64,000 bases of DNA from the NCBI RefSeq assembly GCF_009914755.1, contig NC_060942.1; one strand, written 5' to 3'. The notes beneath the pieces are model-generated. The model was not told the DNA's origin. It saw only the letters and a program-made list of their open reading frames with translations, and made no database searches. Shown one piece after another: positions 33,207 to 45,815 of the stretch. This DNA is from the human T2T-CHM13v2.0 reference genome, Homo sapiens. The translations under genes were made by a program, and so were the position numbers. Position 1 is the first letter of the stretch. Each line of letters starts with the position of its first letter.

Positions 33207-34152
33207 CCTCTCTTTGATTTCCAGATAAAAAGAAAAACTTCTACTGAAGGTGGGGAAAGGAAAAAACTATTTTCATTTAATGCTTGATTCTCCCCATGAT
33301 AAGGGTCTGTATGATGGACTGAAAAACAACCACCCATGATTTAATCATTTGGCAAATCCAGATATTTCTGCTGGGAACCAGGAGCAGTGAGCAGGCAGGC
33401 CTGGCAGGCGGGGCAGGCTCTGCTCTGGGCCAGGCACAGACAGCCTCGGGCTGCACAAGGTGGGGCGCCCCTGTTCACCAGCGTGGAACTGCATCCTCTT
33501 CTACCATTCAGGTTTTCGTTGTGTTTCTTATCTTTATTACTTATGGTGGGGACACTGCCAGCTCTTTCTTTTAAGGGGCCCCACTCCCATGTCCAGGCCA
33601 CCGGCACTGCCAGGCTAACACCAAGTAACCCACACTGCCTGGCTAATTGGGCTGGGAGCACAGGTATCCCAAGACAGTCCCATAGCCTGGGCTGTTCATG
33701 AGGCTGGGCACAAACACAGGTGGGCCATGGATATTCCCTTGTGGGTGTTGGAACCAGAAGCCCCTGGGAGAATGACAAGACCAGAAGCAGGACCTCAGCT
33801 GAAAGATTCCAGTTGTACTAGGAGGGCCAGGGTGGCCCTGCCAGGTCCTGTGCAGGCCAAAATTGTGAAGGGAAGAAAATCTAAGTAGAAGCTGTGAGCA
33901 AGAGAAACAATCCAGAAAGGTGAGGAAGCTGGTCAGCCACAGAGCAGAGCAAAGCCATCACACAGGCTCCTTCTGAGGCCTCTAGACCTGCCTTGATTCC
34001 AGAGTAATCTTCAGTCCTGACTATTCGTGGCTTTTCCTTATCATTGTGCAGGTGTTTCCCCTCAATGAGCCTCTCCACTCTTGAGGAATTTCAGTGAGTC
34101 TCTGTTAGTTCATGACAGCCTTAAAACCTAAGTAATATCATGTTTCTCTAGC

Positions 34153-34425
34153 CTTTTCTTTTTTGAGACAGGGTCTTGCTGTCACCCAGGCTGAAATGCA
34201 GTGGCACAATCTTGACTCATTGCAACCTCCACCCCCTGAACTCAAATGATCCTCCCACCTCAGCCTCACGAGCAGCTGCAACTACAGGTGATTTTTTATA
34301 TTTTTTGTAGAGACAGGATTTGGCTGTGTTGCCCAGGCTGGTCTCGAGCTCCTGGACTCAAGTGATCTGCCCACCTTGGCTTTCCACAGTGCTGGGATTA
34401 CAGGCGTGAGCCACCACATCTGGCC
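34153..34425 (-). mobile_element. AluJ
   Basis: Reverse-complement Alu; TSD TAGCCTTTT. Confidence 0.9.
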
Positions 34426-34846
34426 TTCCTTAGCCTTTTTTTTCTGTATACAAAGGTGACTATATACTCTTTCTTCCAATAGTGGATCTAACTGCAATGC
34501 TGTATTGTAACTTACTTTTTTTTTTAACTTGACAATATATTGTGAGCATTCTCATAATATTATTAGAACTTTATAGGATTTCCTTGCAAGGTACCCAAAC
34601 CTCTGAACAGCTATCATCACCATAGTGAAGTCCAATTTGCTGCCAGCCTTACTGAAAGAATGTCATCCGGCACAGAAACCCGCTGCAGAGTCAAATGAAA
34701 CCTTCAGGTCCACTGCCTTCCCAGGAGCCCACCTGGCCCCTGCCCTGGGTTTTTCTTGCCCGTCCAGCAGGCCCTTGGTGAGTTCCAGCAGTGAGCCAAA
34801 CACAATTTTTCAATAGAAACATACTGGAACTGTCAAAAGAACATGA

Positions 34847-35192
<346 letters not shown>

Positions 35193-37184
35193 ATTCTGTG
35201 GCATTTTTAAAACAGCAAGTTTGTCATCAAAATAAAAAAACCAAACAGAAACTCTGAGCACTTTGGTATAACTCAAGTGAAGATGACCCTGCATCTCTAC
35301 TGAACCATCTCACAGGGCTTTCAAGAAATATGGGCCTTTCAAACCACATTTTTGACACATCATGCCTACAATGGCACAGATCACATTCCTGTGGCTTCAA
35401 ACATCTGCTCCCAAAGCATGTTTCAGTGGTGGCTACAGCCGAGAGGTGCATCAGTGTTACCCCAGTCTTGCACCCAAGGACCCTCACTTGGGGAGCCCCA
35501 GGCCCTCCAGAGTCCTGGATCCACGCCTCTTGTGGAGGCACCATCTGTCTCTCGATCCTCCCATAGCCCAGTGGTGTTCCTGAGAGAGCTGTGTGCTGGC
35601 CTCTCCCTCTGACCTATGTTGACCTCACCAAGCTCCAGCTACAAGGCTGGCCTCTGTCCTGATGGCTGTTCTCATTGGATGTGGCCAATGCTACTTTGTC
35701 GCTATGTCCAAGATCCTTGTCTGGAGTGAACACATTTGGAATTAGGAGTTTCTAAGAAACGTCCATTGTAGTTTGAGCTCTAGCTGTTCATTCTTGGTGG
35801 TCAGTAAGTCACTTTTTTGGCTTTGCCTGACAATACATATGACCTCTGAGGCTCAAGTTCTCCACCCACAAAATGAAGCCATTTGTTCCCATGTCATTGT
35901 CTGGCTATGAGGCTGGGAGGTTATGGCCTTGGTACTCATAATCACTGGCGTACAGTTCACACTGGTGCTCAGTCCATCTTTATTCCTGCCCTTTCTTCTT
36001 TCATAATTTCTCCAGGGTCACGCCAGAGATTGGAGAAGATGAAGATATCAGAAGGTGTAATGCTGGCATTGTTCCATAGCAACGGGCCTTAGGTACATGG
36101 CAGAAAAAGAGAGAGAAAAAGTTGTTCCCTTCTCATAGTGTCCCTACCTGGAGTTAGCTGTCAGCCAAAAGCACTTTAATGTATCACGTCCTGGTGGCTA
36201 CACAGGTTACACAATTGTCAAAACCCATTGGGCTGCACACTTAATACCTATGCATTTTGTTGTATGTTCATTATCTCAACATTTTTTTCAATAAAAAAAT
36301 TAAACTAGAAAACAATGCTTCATCTGCTAATTAGCACTGTAAGACTAGGTGTAGATGTACATGTACATAAATCTGTCTTTCCCGTGGTCTCTCTGGTAGG
36401 CAGGGACCTTGAGCCAGGATTCCTTCCCTCCCTTCCCTCGAACCCCACTTTCTCCCCATGGCTCCCTGACCCATGCACAGCCACCTAGCAGGTCCTTCTG
36501 CCTCTGTGCTTGGCACTTTCCATCCATTGTCCTCACAGCTACCCCAGTGACCTTTGTAAAATGCAGCTATGTCATATTATTCCTTGCTTAAAAGTAATAG
36601 TCACTTCTCGTCTCCTCCCAAGTGTGTAAAATCCAAGCTCTTCTCAGGATATGTAAACCCTTGGCTACCGCCCACCCTCGAGCTTCCTCTCCCACCCCTG
36701 CCTGACTCCCATTTCATGCTCCAGATACGTAAACTGCTTGTAACTCCACACACACTCGGCTTATCCCCTCTGCCTGAAATGCCCTTTCCAAAATTACTAA
36801 ATTAAAATTGGTATCAGGACAAACACATACTGTGCTTATGAGCTTCCAAAAGAGTGGTCCAATTTTAAATATTCACATTAAATAGGGATATTTACCCGGT
36901 TTATACTTGGCCAGATATTCTGTGAGGAGGAGCTCTGGGCTCGGGGGCCAGACCATCATTTAGTCCTAGCTCTGCTCCTTAATGACTGCAGATCCTTGGG
37001 CTGGTCACTTGGGATGCCTGAATCTCATTTATTTTATGCAAAATGAGGGTTATAAATATTCACCCTAAAGGAGGAGGAACAGTGAAATGTTGGATGTGAA
37101 GGCACCTTATAAACTGCAGTGCTGCACAAATGCCTCCTGAGCAGAAGGCAACCTGCCCCCAGTGAGCAGCTCAGAACAGAGTCC

Positions 37185-37608
37185 TGTCACACGCGTCCAT
37201 GTGAAGAGAGTCCACCAAGAGGCTTTGTATGAGCAACAAGGCTGTTTATTTCAGTTGGGTGCAAATGGACTGAGTCCGAAAAGAGAGTCAGCAAAGGGAG
37301 ATAAGGGTGGAGCAGTTTTATGGGATTTGGGTAGGTAACGGAAAATTACAGTTAAAGGTGGTTATCTCTTGCTGGCAGGGGCGGAGGTCACAAGGTACAG
37401 AGTGGGGAGATCATGAGACTCATTGGGGCGGGTGGGAGGTGGGGAGGGAAATGTCACAGGGTCGATTGATTAGTTGGGGTCAGGCAGGAACAAATCACAA
37501 TGGTGGAATGTCATCTTTTGTGGTTCCTCAGTTGCTCCAGGCCATCTGGATGTATACGTGCAGGCCATAGGGGTTATGATGGCTTATCTTGGGTTCAGAG
37601 GCCTGACA
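37185..37608 (-). mobile_element. HERV-H 3' LTR (LTR7 family, B/C-like)
   Basis: Minus strand begins TGTCAGGCCTCTGAACCCAAG and ends CTCTTCACATGGACGCGTGTGACA; preceded by PPT AAGAAGACAGGAA. Confidence 0.92.
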
Positions 37609-37918
37609 TTCCTGTCTTCTTATATTAATAAGAAAAACAAAACAAAATAGTGGTGAAGTGTTGGGGCAGTGAACATTTTGGGGGGTGGTATGGAGAGATA
37701 ATGGGCGATGTTTCTCAGGGCCACTTCGAGCGGGATTAGGGGCGGCGTGGGAACCTAGAGTGGGAAAGATTAAACTGAAGAAAGATTTTGTGGTAAGGGG
37801 TGATATTGTGGGGTTATTAGAAGGAGGATTTGTGATATAGAATGATTGGTGATGGCCTGGATGTGGTTTTGAATGAATTGAGAAACTAAATGGAAGACAC
37901 AAGGTCCAAATAAGAGAA

Positions 37919-38422
37919 TGTTGTATATATAGTTTTGGTGCTGCAAAAGGAATAGCACTCAAATATAAAATTTTCTTTTTAATTCTCAGCAAGGCAAGTT
38001 ACTTCTGTAGAAGGGTGAGCCCTTACAGATGAAGCAATGGTGAGTGCACACTTGGACAAGGGAGGGGAAGGGATTCTTATCCCTGACGCACCTGGCCCCT
38101 GCTGCTGTGTCGTTCCCCTATTGGCTGGGGTTAGACTGCACAGGCTGAACTAATTCCGATTGGCTAATTTAAAGACAGTGATGGGGTGAGTGCTTTGGCG
38201 GGAGTCAGGGCAGAGCAGGTAGCAGGTAATCTGAATGAGTCAGGGTGGAGCAGGTGATCGGAATGAGTCAGGGTGGCATAGGGAATCGGAATGAGTCAGG
38301 GTGGAGTAAGCAATCAAAAAAGGTTGCTTTACAAGGAAGTTAAGTTTAAAAGTAGAAGGCAAAGAATTGAACTTACTGACATATTAATTCTTTGAAAAGA
38401 AATTTAGAACTCATATCTAACA
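37919..38422 (-). mobile_element. Solo LTR10F-like LTR (HERV-I group) nested in HERV-H
   Basis: Minus strand TGTTAGATATGAGTTCTAAATTTCTTTTCAAAG...CAACA; TSD AGAA (37915-37918 / 38423-38426); 28-bp repeat carrying TGAGTCA. Confidence 0.88.
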
Positions 38423-39169
38423 AGAAGGAGAAAAACAGGTATAAAGGACTAAGAATTGGGAGGGCCCAGGACATCCAATCAGAGAGTGCCCAAGGGAGTT
38501 CAGTGTAATTATTTGCTTGGTTGGCAAGCTTTTGGGCTCTATCCTTGAGTATTTTATGTTGTCATATACCAGGCCAGATTGATTTAGGTAAAAACAACAC
38601 TCTTCATTTAGAAATATGCAGAGTCCTCCTTTTTCAGCAGTAAGTCAAGGCCTATTCCTGTCTTCTTATATTAACAATAAACAAAACAAAACAAAATAGT
38701 AGTGAAGTGTTGGTGACATGAGGGGAACAGGAAGCTGTTCAGTCCCATTTGCAAATTGATTTTTGGGGGTAAGGAAAACTAATGTACATGTGCCTGTCCA
38801 ACCAGCAGGTGGACACACATAGGTGGAGGATCTACAGAGCTTCCTCCTTCCAAGAGACCTTGTGTAAGGCAAAACTGGAAATGTAAAGTGAAAAGATGAG
38901 AGGGAGCACCAAAAGAGGTGTCTTGCACCCAGACTCCTAGGGATCCAGTGAGGGCAGCAGCAGTTAGAGGTTGTAATGGGGATTGATGGGGCAACTGGGC
39001 AGAGGAGAAGGTTCAATTTTTATAGTATGTAGAGAAAGTTATGAGAACATAGTGTCTACAAGAAACCTTCCATTGTTATTCAGGGGTTGGGTATAAGTAA
39101 ACAAGAAGGGGGGCTGGGAGGAGAGTCCAAAGAACAAGGGGAAGGTAGCCAAGGATGGAGTGAAATGCA

Positions 39170-41300
39170 GGACAAATGTCTTAAAGGAAATGAGAGGTTC
39201 TAAGAGGCGGGCTAGTGGCTTGTAACCCACATGGAACAGGTTATGAAAGGACAATAGAATGGAATGAGCCTGTGAGGCTGGAAGGAGGAATTTTCCTTGG
39301 TCCAAGAACTATTTGCCTTGAGTGGGGATGGATTGATAGGTGGAAACTTCAGCGGGAGAGTAAGTAGAAGTGACTGATGAGAAGGAGAAAAACTGGCCGT
39401 GAGGACAGAAGTAGGAATAATGGCTGCTTCATTAGCTGTCTTATCAGCATAATTGTTGCCTTGAGCAGTGGGGTCTGAGGCCCTTTGATGGCCTTTGCAG
39501 TGAATGACTCCAGCTTCCTTTGAAAGTAAAGCGGCCTTGAGAAGAGTTTTTATTAAAGAGACATTAATGATGGAGGACATTTGCATAGCGAGGAAACCTC
39601 TTTCAGCCCATATAACAGCACGGTGGTGCAGGATATGGAAGGCATATTTAGAGTCAGTATAAATATTGACACATAGTCCTTTTGCAAGAGTGAGGCTCGA
39701 GTTAAGGCAATGAGTTTGGCTTGCTGAGAGGTGATGGAGTGGGGCAGAGTGGTAGCCTCAATTATAGATGTGGAAGATACTATAGCATAGCCTGCCTTTG
39801 CTGGTGAGTGGCGATTAGGCCTGGTGGAACTGCCATCAATAAACCAAGTGTGATCAGGGTGAGGAACAGGAAAGAAGGAAATATGGGGAAATGGAGTAAA
39901 TGTCAGGTGGATCAGAGAGATACAGTCATGGGGGTCAGGTGTGGTATCAGGAATAATGTGGGAGGCCAGGTTGAAGTCTGGGCCAGGAAAAATGGCAATT
40001 GTGAGAGACTCAACAAAGAGTGAGTACAGCTGAAGGAGCCGAGGGTGGGGAGAGGGGAGCAGAAAGTATATCCATCAGGCGTGAGGAAGAAAATAGATTT
40101 TGAAAGTTATGAGAACAGTAGAGAGTGAGTTAAGCATAGTTTGTGACTTTGAGGGCCTCTAAAAGTATTAGAGCAGCAGCAGCCACCTCATGCAGACATG
40201 AGGGCCAGCCTAAAACGGTAAGGTCAAGTTGGACAAAAAGGCTACAGGGCACAGTCCTGATCCTTGTGTAAGAATTCCGACTGCACAGCCCTGCACTTTG
40301 GCTGTTTGTAATGAAAAAGTTGGGATGAGTCAGGGAGAGCTAATATGGGAGCAGTCTCTAGAGCTGCTTTTAAGGAATGGAAAGAGGAGTGGAGAAAGGA
40401 TTTAGGATGTATGGGGTCAGATAGGTTTTCCTTTGTGAGTTTATATAATGGTTTTGTTAGGATGGCAAAACCAGGTATCCAAAGGCGAAAGTATCCAACC
40501 ATGCCCAGGGAGGAAAGGAGTTGCTGCTTTGTAGAAGGGGTTGGGGTTTGAGAGATCAGCCAGACACAATCGGCAGGGGGAGTATGTGTGTTTTCATGAA
40601 GAGTTATGCCAAGGTAGGTAATGGATGGAGAAGAAATTTAAGCTTTGGAGGGGGATACCTGATATTCCTTGGAGAATAAATGTTGAAGGAGCAGAAGGGT
40701 ATCTTGTTGAGAAGATTCAAGGGAGGGGCTACGAAGTAGAAGGCCATCAATATATTGAATAAGGTGAGAAGCAGAGGGGTGGAAAGAAAGTAAATCATAA
40801 GAAATAGCTTGGCTGAAGTAATGAGGGCTGTCCCTGAAGCCTTGTGGCAGTACCACCCAGGTAAGCTGCTGGGACTGATGGGTATCAGGGTCAGTCCAGG
40901 TAAAAGCAAAGAGAGGCTGGGATGAGGGGTTCAGGGGAATAGTGAAAAAAGCATCTTTAAGATCAAGAATGGAATAGTGAGTTGTGGAGGAAGGTATTGA
41001 GGACAAAATAGTGTATGGGTTGGGCACCACAGGGTGGATAGGCAAAACAATTTGGTTGATAAGGTGCAGATCCTGAACTAACCTGTAAGACTTGTCCAGT
41101 TTTGGGACAGGTAAAATGGGGGAATTGTAAGGAGAGTTTATAGGCTTTAGAAGCCCGTGCTGTAGCAGGCAACTGATAACAGGTTTCAGTCCCCTTAAAG
41201 CCTGCTGTGGGATGGGATACTGGCATTAAGTGGGGTAAGGGTGATTAGGTTTTAATGGGATAGTAATGGGTGTGTGATTGGTTGCCAGGGAGGGAGGAGA
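39170..41300 (-). pseudogene. HERV-H pol remnant (RT + RNase H), frameshifted
   Basis: PVVPNPYT..LDLKDAFF..LPQGFRDSP..YIDG (YxDD broken); GYFRLWIPGFAILTKPLY; VIHCKGHQ..GNNYADK. Confidence 0.9.
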
Positions 41301-41550
41301 GGTGTCCCATACTTTTTGGTTAAAGTTGGGGGATACAAGAGGAAGATGCAAAGGAGGCTTTGGTTTGGGGAGAAGGGTGGCAATGAGATGTGGCTGTAGT
41401 CCAGGACTATGGAATATGTTTGAAATGTTTCATAATGAAAAATTTAAATAATAAACATTTAATTTGTTTAAAAGTACAGTTAAAATGATTAGTCATAAAC
41501 TGCAAACATTTGCTTGATTTCACCTTTTGCTTGAAAATTGTGTCACCATA

Positions 41551-41918
41551 GGCTAGGCACAGTGGCTCATGCCTGTAATCCCAGCACTTTGGGAGGTTGA
41601 GGCAGGCAAATCACAAGGTCAGGAGGTAGAGACCATCCTGGCTAACACGATGAAGCCCTGACTCTTCTAAAAGTACAAAAAATTAGCTGGGCATGGTGGT
41701 GGGCGCCTGTAGTCCCAGCCACTCAGGAGGCTGAGGCAGGAGAATCACTGAACCCAGGAGATGGAGATTGAAGTGAGCCGAGATCATGCCACTGCACTCC
41801 AGCCTGGGCGACAGAGCGAGACTCCGTCTCAAAACAAAAAAGAAAGAGAAAGAAAGAAAAAGAAAGAAAGAAAGAAAGAAAAAAGAAAGGAAGGAAGGAA
41901 GGAAGGAAGGAAGGAGGG
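41551..41918 (+). mobile_element. Alu (Sc/Y-like) with (GAAA)n(GGAA)6 tail
   Basis: Alu consensus; TSD GAAAATTGTGTCAC. Confidence 0.92.
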
Positions 41919-42451
41919 AAAATTGTGTCACGATAATGAAAATGAAAAGTTCCCTAGGATGAATCAGTTAAATTTTTGCAAGAGAAATTAGTGTGAGAAA
42001 CTGGAGGTGAGACTGGAGTCGGAAGTTGGCCCCTTAACTCCTGCAGAGTGACAAAGCCAGTTAAGACTGAGAGGGACTTCTGGCAGATGTCACGTGGGGA
42101 TCTTCTTGCTCTTCCTTGACCAAGTCTGAGCTAAGACAGGCCCTCCGGGCCAGGGCTGCCTGGGTGTATTGACTGGGCAGGGACAATTGTTTATGTACTC
42201 TTTTGTCTCATGGACTCCTCCTTTAGAGAAAAAGTGTAAGCTGTCAGGCCATTAACAGGAGAGTCGGCTTCAAACGAGCACCCAGCAATGTGTCCTCTGA
42301 AGGAGAAAATGGTCTTGTATACCTGCACGCCCGAACAAAAGCAGCTACTGTTCTGATTTACTTAGCAATGCGTAAAAAAAAATGAATCTATGAACAAGGA
42401 TTTCTGGCACTGAGAAAAACTACTGAAATAAGCTGGGTTTTTATACCATTT

Positions 42452-42930
42452 TATATTCATTTCCTGTTTCTGCTGTAGCAAATCAGCACCACAAACCTGA
42501 TGGCTTAAAAAAACACAAGCTTATAATCTAACAGTCCTGGAGGCCCAGAGGTCTGAAGTCAGTTTCACTGGACTAAGGTCAAGGTGTCAGTAGGGCAGGT
42601 TCTTCCTGGAGGGGCTGAAGGGAGAATCCGTTTTCTGCCTTTTCCTGCTTCCAACAGCTGTCACATTCCTTGGCCCATGGCCCCTTCCTTGGCCTTCAAA
42701 GGGCATCACTCCAGTCTCTGCTTCCTTCTCCTCCAACCGTGACTCCTCTCTGTCCCTCTTAGAAGGGCCTTGGTGATTACATAGGGTCCATGCAGCTAAT
42801 CCAGGCTGATCTCCCCATCTCAAGACACTGAATTTAATGACATCTGCCAAGTCCCTTTTCTACACAAGGTCATATTCATAGGAGATTAGGATCTGGACAA
42901 CTTTGTGGGGCCAGCATTCAACCCAGCACA
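42452..42930. mobile_element. MLT1 (MaLR) LTR, MLT1C-like
   Basis: CACCACAAAC..TGGCTTAAAA, AAGGTGTCAGTAGGGC and CACATTCCTTGGCCCATGGCCCC motifs. Confidence 0.75.
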
Positions 42931-43104
42931 CCTGTCACAGCATGACACTACGGGAAGCACCTTGCTGATGGCCCACACCCAAGTCATGCCACTTAAACTG
43001 AGGCACATGTACCCAGGCTCATGGGGAGAAGCCAGGCAGTTCTCAAAGGCACAAGAAGAATGTAGCGTATTACCTTTATTTCATGGGAAGTGATTTAAGA
43101 CTAT

Positions 43105-43272
43105 TTTATTTTATTTTATATTTTTGAGACAGGGTCTCACTCTGTCATCCAGGCTGGAGTACAGTGATGTAATCAGAGCTCATTGCAACCTCAGACTCCT
43201 GGGTTCAAGTGATCCTCCCACTTCAGCCTCCCAAAGTGTTGGGATTACAGGTGTGAGCCACCCCACTTGGCA
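43105..43272 (-). mobile_element. Alu monomer / deleted Alu
   Basis: ~165-bp reverse-complement Alu-like sequence. Confidence 0.85.
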
Positions 43273-45437
43273 AGACATTATTTTAATATTTAAATAAACA
43301 CAGCTATATTACAGAATAGAATGTTAGATTCTCATAAATTCTAAAAATAAAAATGTAAGTCTTGAAAGAAACATTCCCACTATTGGCAAGGTTATTTGGG
43401 CCTCATCCCTAGACCCTTGGGTTGGGTGAAACTCACTTCTGCCACTGGAGTTCCTCAGTGTATGAGACTGAGAGGCACTGCTCATCAACTCCTCACTTAA
43501 CAGACGAGGAGACGGAGGCCCGACAGACAACAACCTCTTAAAATCACAAAGAGGCAGACGAGGGCGGGTGTGCGGCCTCCCTGGCTTGTGGTGGTTTGCT
43601 GTGTGTTTACTCTAGAACGCCCTGCTCACATGGCTGAGACAGAGGACAGAAGGCTTGAGAGGGATGGAAAGAGCAACCAGGTGGACTGACTGACGTGTTT
43701 CCTCACAGAGGGCTGCGTCACCGGCCTATCTGGTGGTGTCCTAGGCACCGCCTGTATCAGAGGCTTCTCTGATGGTGGGATAAGGGCTCTGAAAGGCATG
43801 TTCTCTCAAGGGGAAATTAATATGAATTTTTGGCAATTTGCCCAGCTGCTAAATATTGATTCTGTTTCCCTTGAAGGAAGTTTAGCAGGATTCTAATGAG
43901 ATATTTATGTGTTTACAGGCATTTATATGGCAAAGCAGTTAGTAATGTTTATTGTAAAACAGTGGGTTTGAACCTAATAATGATTTTCTGTTGGAAGACC
44001 ATGTCCGTCAGAATTTGACTCACTTGAGAAAGCAGGAAACTCACATTTGGGGCCTCCTCCTCCTTTCTTCTCTCCTCTTCAGATACTTCTAGATTTTCCC
44101 TGTTGCTTCCTAAAGCAGTGATCCTCAGCCAGGGGAGTAAGAGTCTCTTTTTGGAATGGGGTATGTCAGACTTTTTATTTTGAAGAGAAATATGCAAAAA
44201 TACAGATCGTACCATGACAGCATGAATCACATCGATACAAATCTCAGCCAGTCCTACCACTCCCCATGATGCAAGATTGCCTGGACACGTTAATTGTCTG
44301 CTAGTTATTTTTGAATCTAACATCACTAGCACCAGTGTGTTGTGAACACCAGAGAATGGTGTTTGAGGCGATGAACTACGTGCACCAGAGAATGGAGCAG
44401 TGGAGAGCTGTTTCCATCTAGGCGGGCAGTCAAAGCTCAGTGTGAGGGGCCACACTCTTGGCCCATGCACTGTTGCATGGGTTGAAATGCCATGGCTTGA
44501 ATTCAGTAAGCCTCTGACTGTTAGTGCTCTGGGAATATTTCATTCCCTCAAAAAGAGTACACATGTCTCCAGGCAGGATCTGTACCTTTTCATGTGCCAA
44601 ATGAAAGACATACACAGAACAATTACTCTGGTTGTCAGAGGTAGCCAAAAATATCCAAAACCTGGTACCAAATATGTAGGGCAAATTATTATTATGCAAT
44701 GCCAATCTCAAACTGTGTTAGTTTCAGAAGCCCTTGAGTCAAGCATCCTTTCAAGTTGCAAATTTATGGGTTAAGAAATAGAACTCTATTCAACAGCTGG
44801 GAAATTACTTGGACATTGGCAAATGCCAAAAAAATAATGCTCAAAGTAGGAGAACAAAATAACAACCTCCTTTGTTTTAAAGCATTACCCATTTCACAAT
44901 TCATGAGGTCCTCAGAGCTAGGTTTGTATGATGAACAATCAAGGCATCTGCAAATCAGCAAACACATTGAATTCATGTTTAAAGCAAAACCACATTTGCA
45001 TGACGAACACTAGAACATTGCTCTAAACAAGGACCAGTCCCTGGGACATCCAAAAACTCAGGAATGCAGAACAATGCGGGTACTTAGAGCAAACGAGGAC
45101 AAATGACAAGATGGCAAACAACTCAAAGATAGCAGATTGCTCTTTTTTAGAAGCTTCCACCTCTAAACAGTTGGATTCATTTTACATTCCTAGCCTTGGG
45201 AATTTGACTGTTTCTATTGTAATTGCTCATGAGCCACTATTAGAAAGGTCACTTGTATAAAGGTATGAAGCTATAATGACTAGGACATTTTTAAAAAGGC
45301 AAACTGAGTCAGATCTCGGTTGTCTTAACTCTGTCCATGTAAGTACCATATAAAACAGATACTCACTTTTTTGGGCAAAGTCTGATACAATAGTGAAAGT
45401 GTCCATATTTGCAAATCACAATTTTAGGGACTTTTTT

Positions 45438-45815
45438 ATTTTTTATTTTATTTTATTTTATTTTTTTCAAGGCAGAAGAATTTTTCTTAGTACAGAACAA
45501 AATGGAGTCTCCTATGTATACTTCTTTCTACACAGACACAGTAACAATCTGATCTCTCCTTCTTTTCCCCACATTTCCCCCTTTTCTTTTTGACAAAACC
45601 GCCATCGTCATCATGGCCCGTTCTCGAAGGTCGCTGTCTCTTCGGAGCTGTTGGGTACACTTCCCAGACGGGGCGGCCGGGCAGAGGCGCCCCCCACCTC
45701 CCAGACGGGGCGGCCGGGCAGAGGCGCCCCTCACCTCCCAGACGGGGCGGCCGGGCAGAGGCGCCCCTCACCTCCCAGACGGGGCGGCCAGGCAGAGGCG
45801 CTCCCCATTTCCCAG
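45438..45815 (-). mobile_element. SVA (SVA_A-like), 5'- and 3'-truncated
   Basis: Four 37-bp VNTR units, ~190 bp of SINE-R and an A-rich tail; TSD TAGG(G/C)ACTTTTTT (45425-45437 / 45816-45828). Confidence 0.92.

Larger units (their letters stand above)
37609..41406 (-). mobile_element. HERV-H internal region (pol, deleted integrase/env); no gag or 5' LTR
   Basis: RT, RNase H and env TM remnants, ending abruptly at ~41400. Confidence 0.9.

Noticed and set aside
39034-40117. 16-bp exact repeat GAAAGTTATGAGAACA at 39034 and 40102 in HERV-H
   Set aside because: Could be a templated insertion, but local slippage plus chance explains it equally well; cannot resolve without a consensus alignment.
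40638-41045. Reverse transcriptase ORF as an active or novel RT system
   Set aside because: It is HERV-H pol with YxDD changed to YIDG and frameshifts on both sides.
43949-44470. 173-aa ORF in unique DNA
   Set aside because: No recognisable domain, and no pseudogene hallmarks (tail, TSD) that I can see; consistent with a chance ORF.
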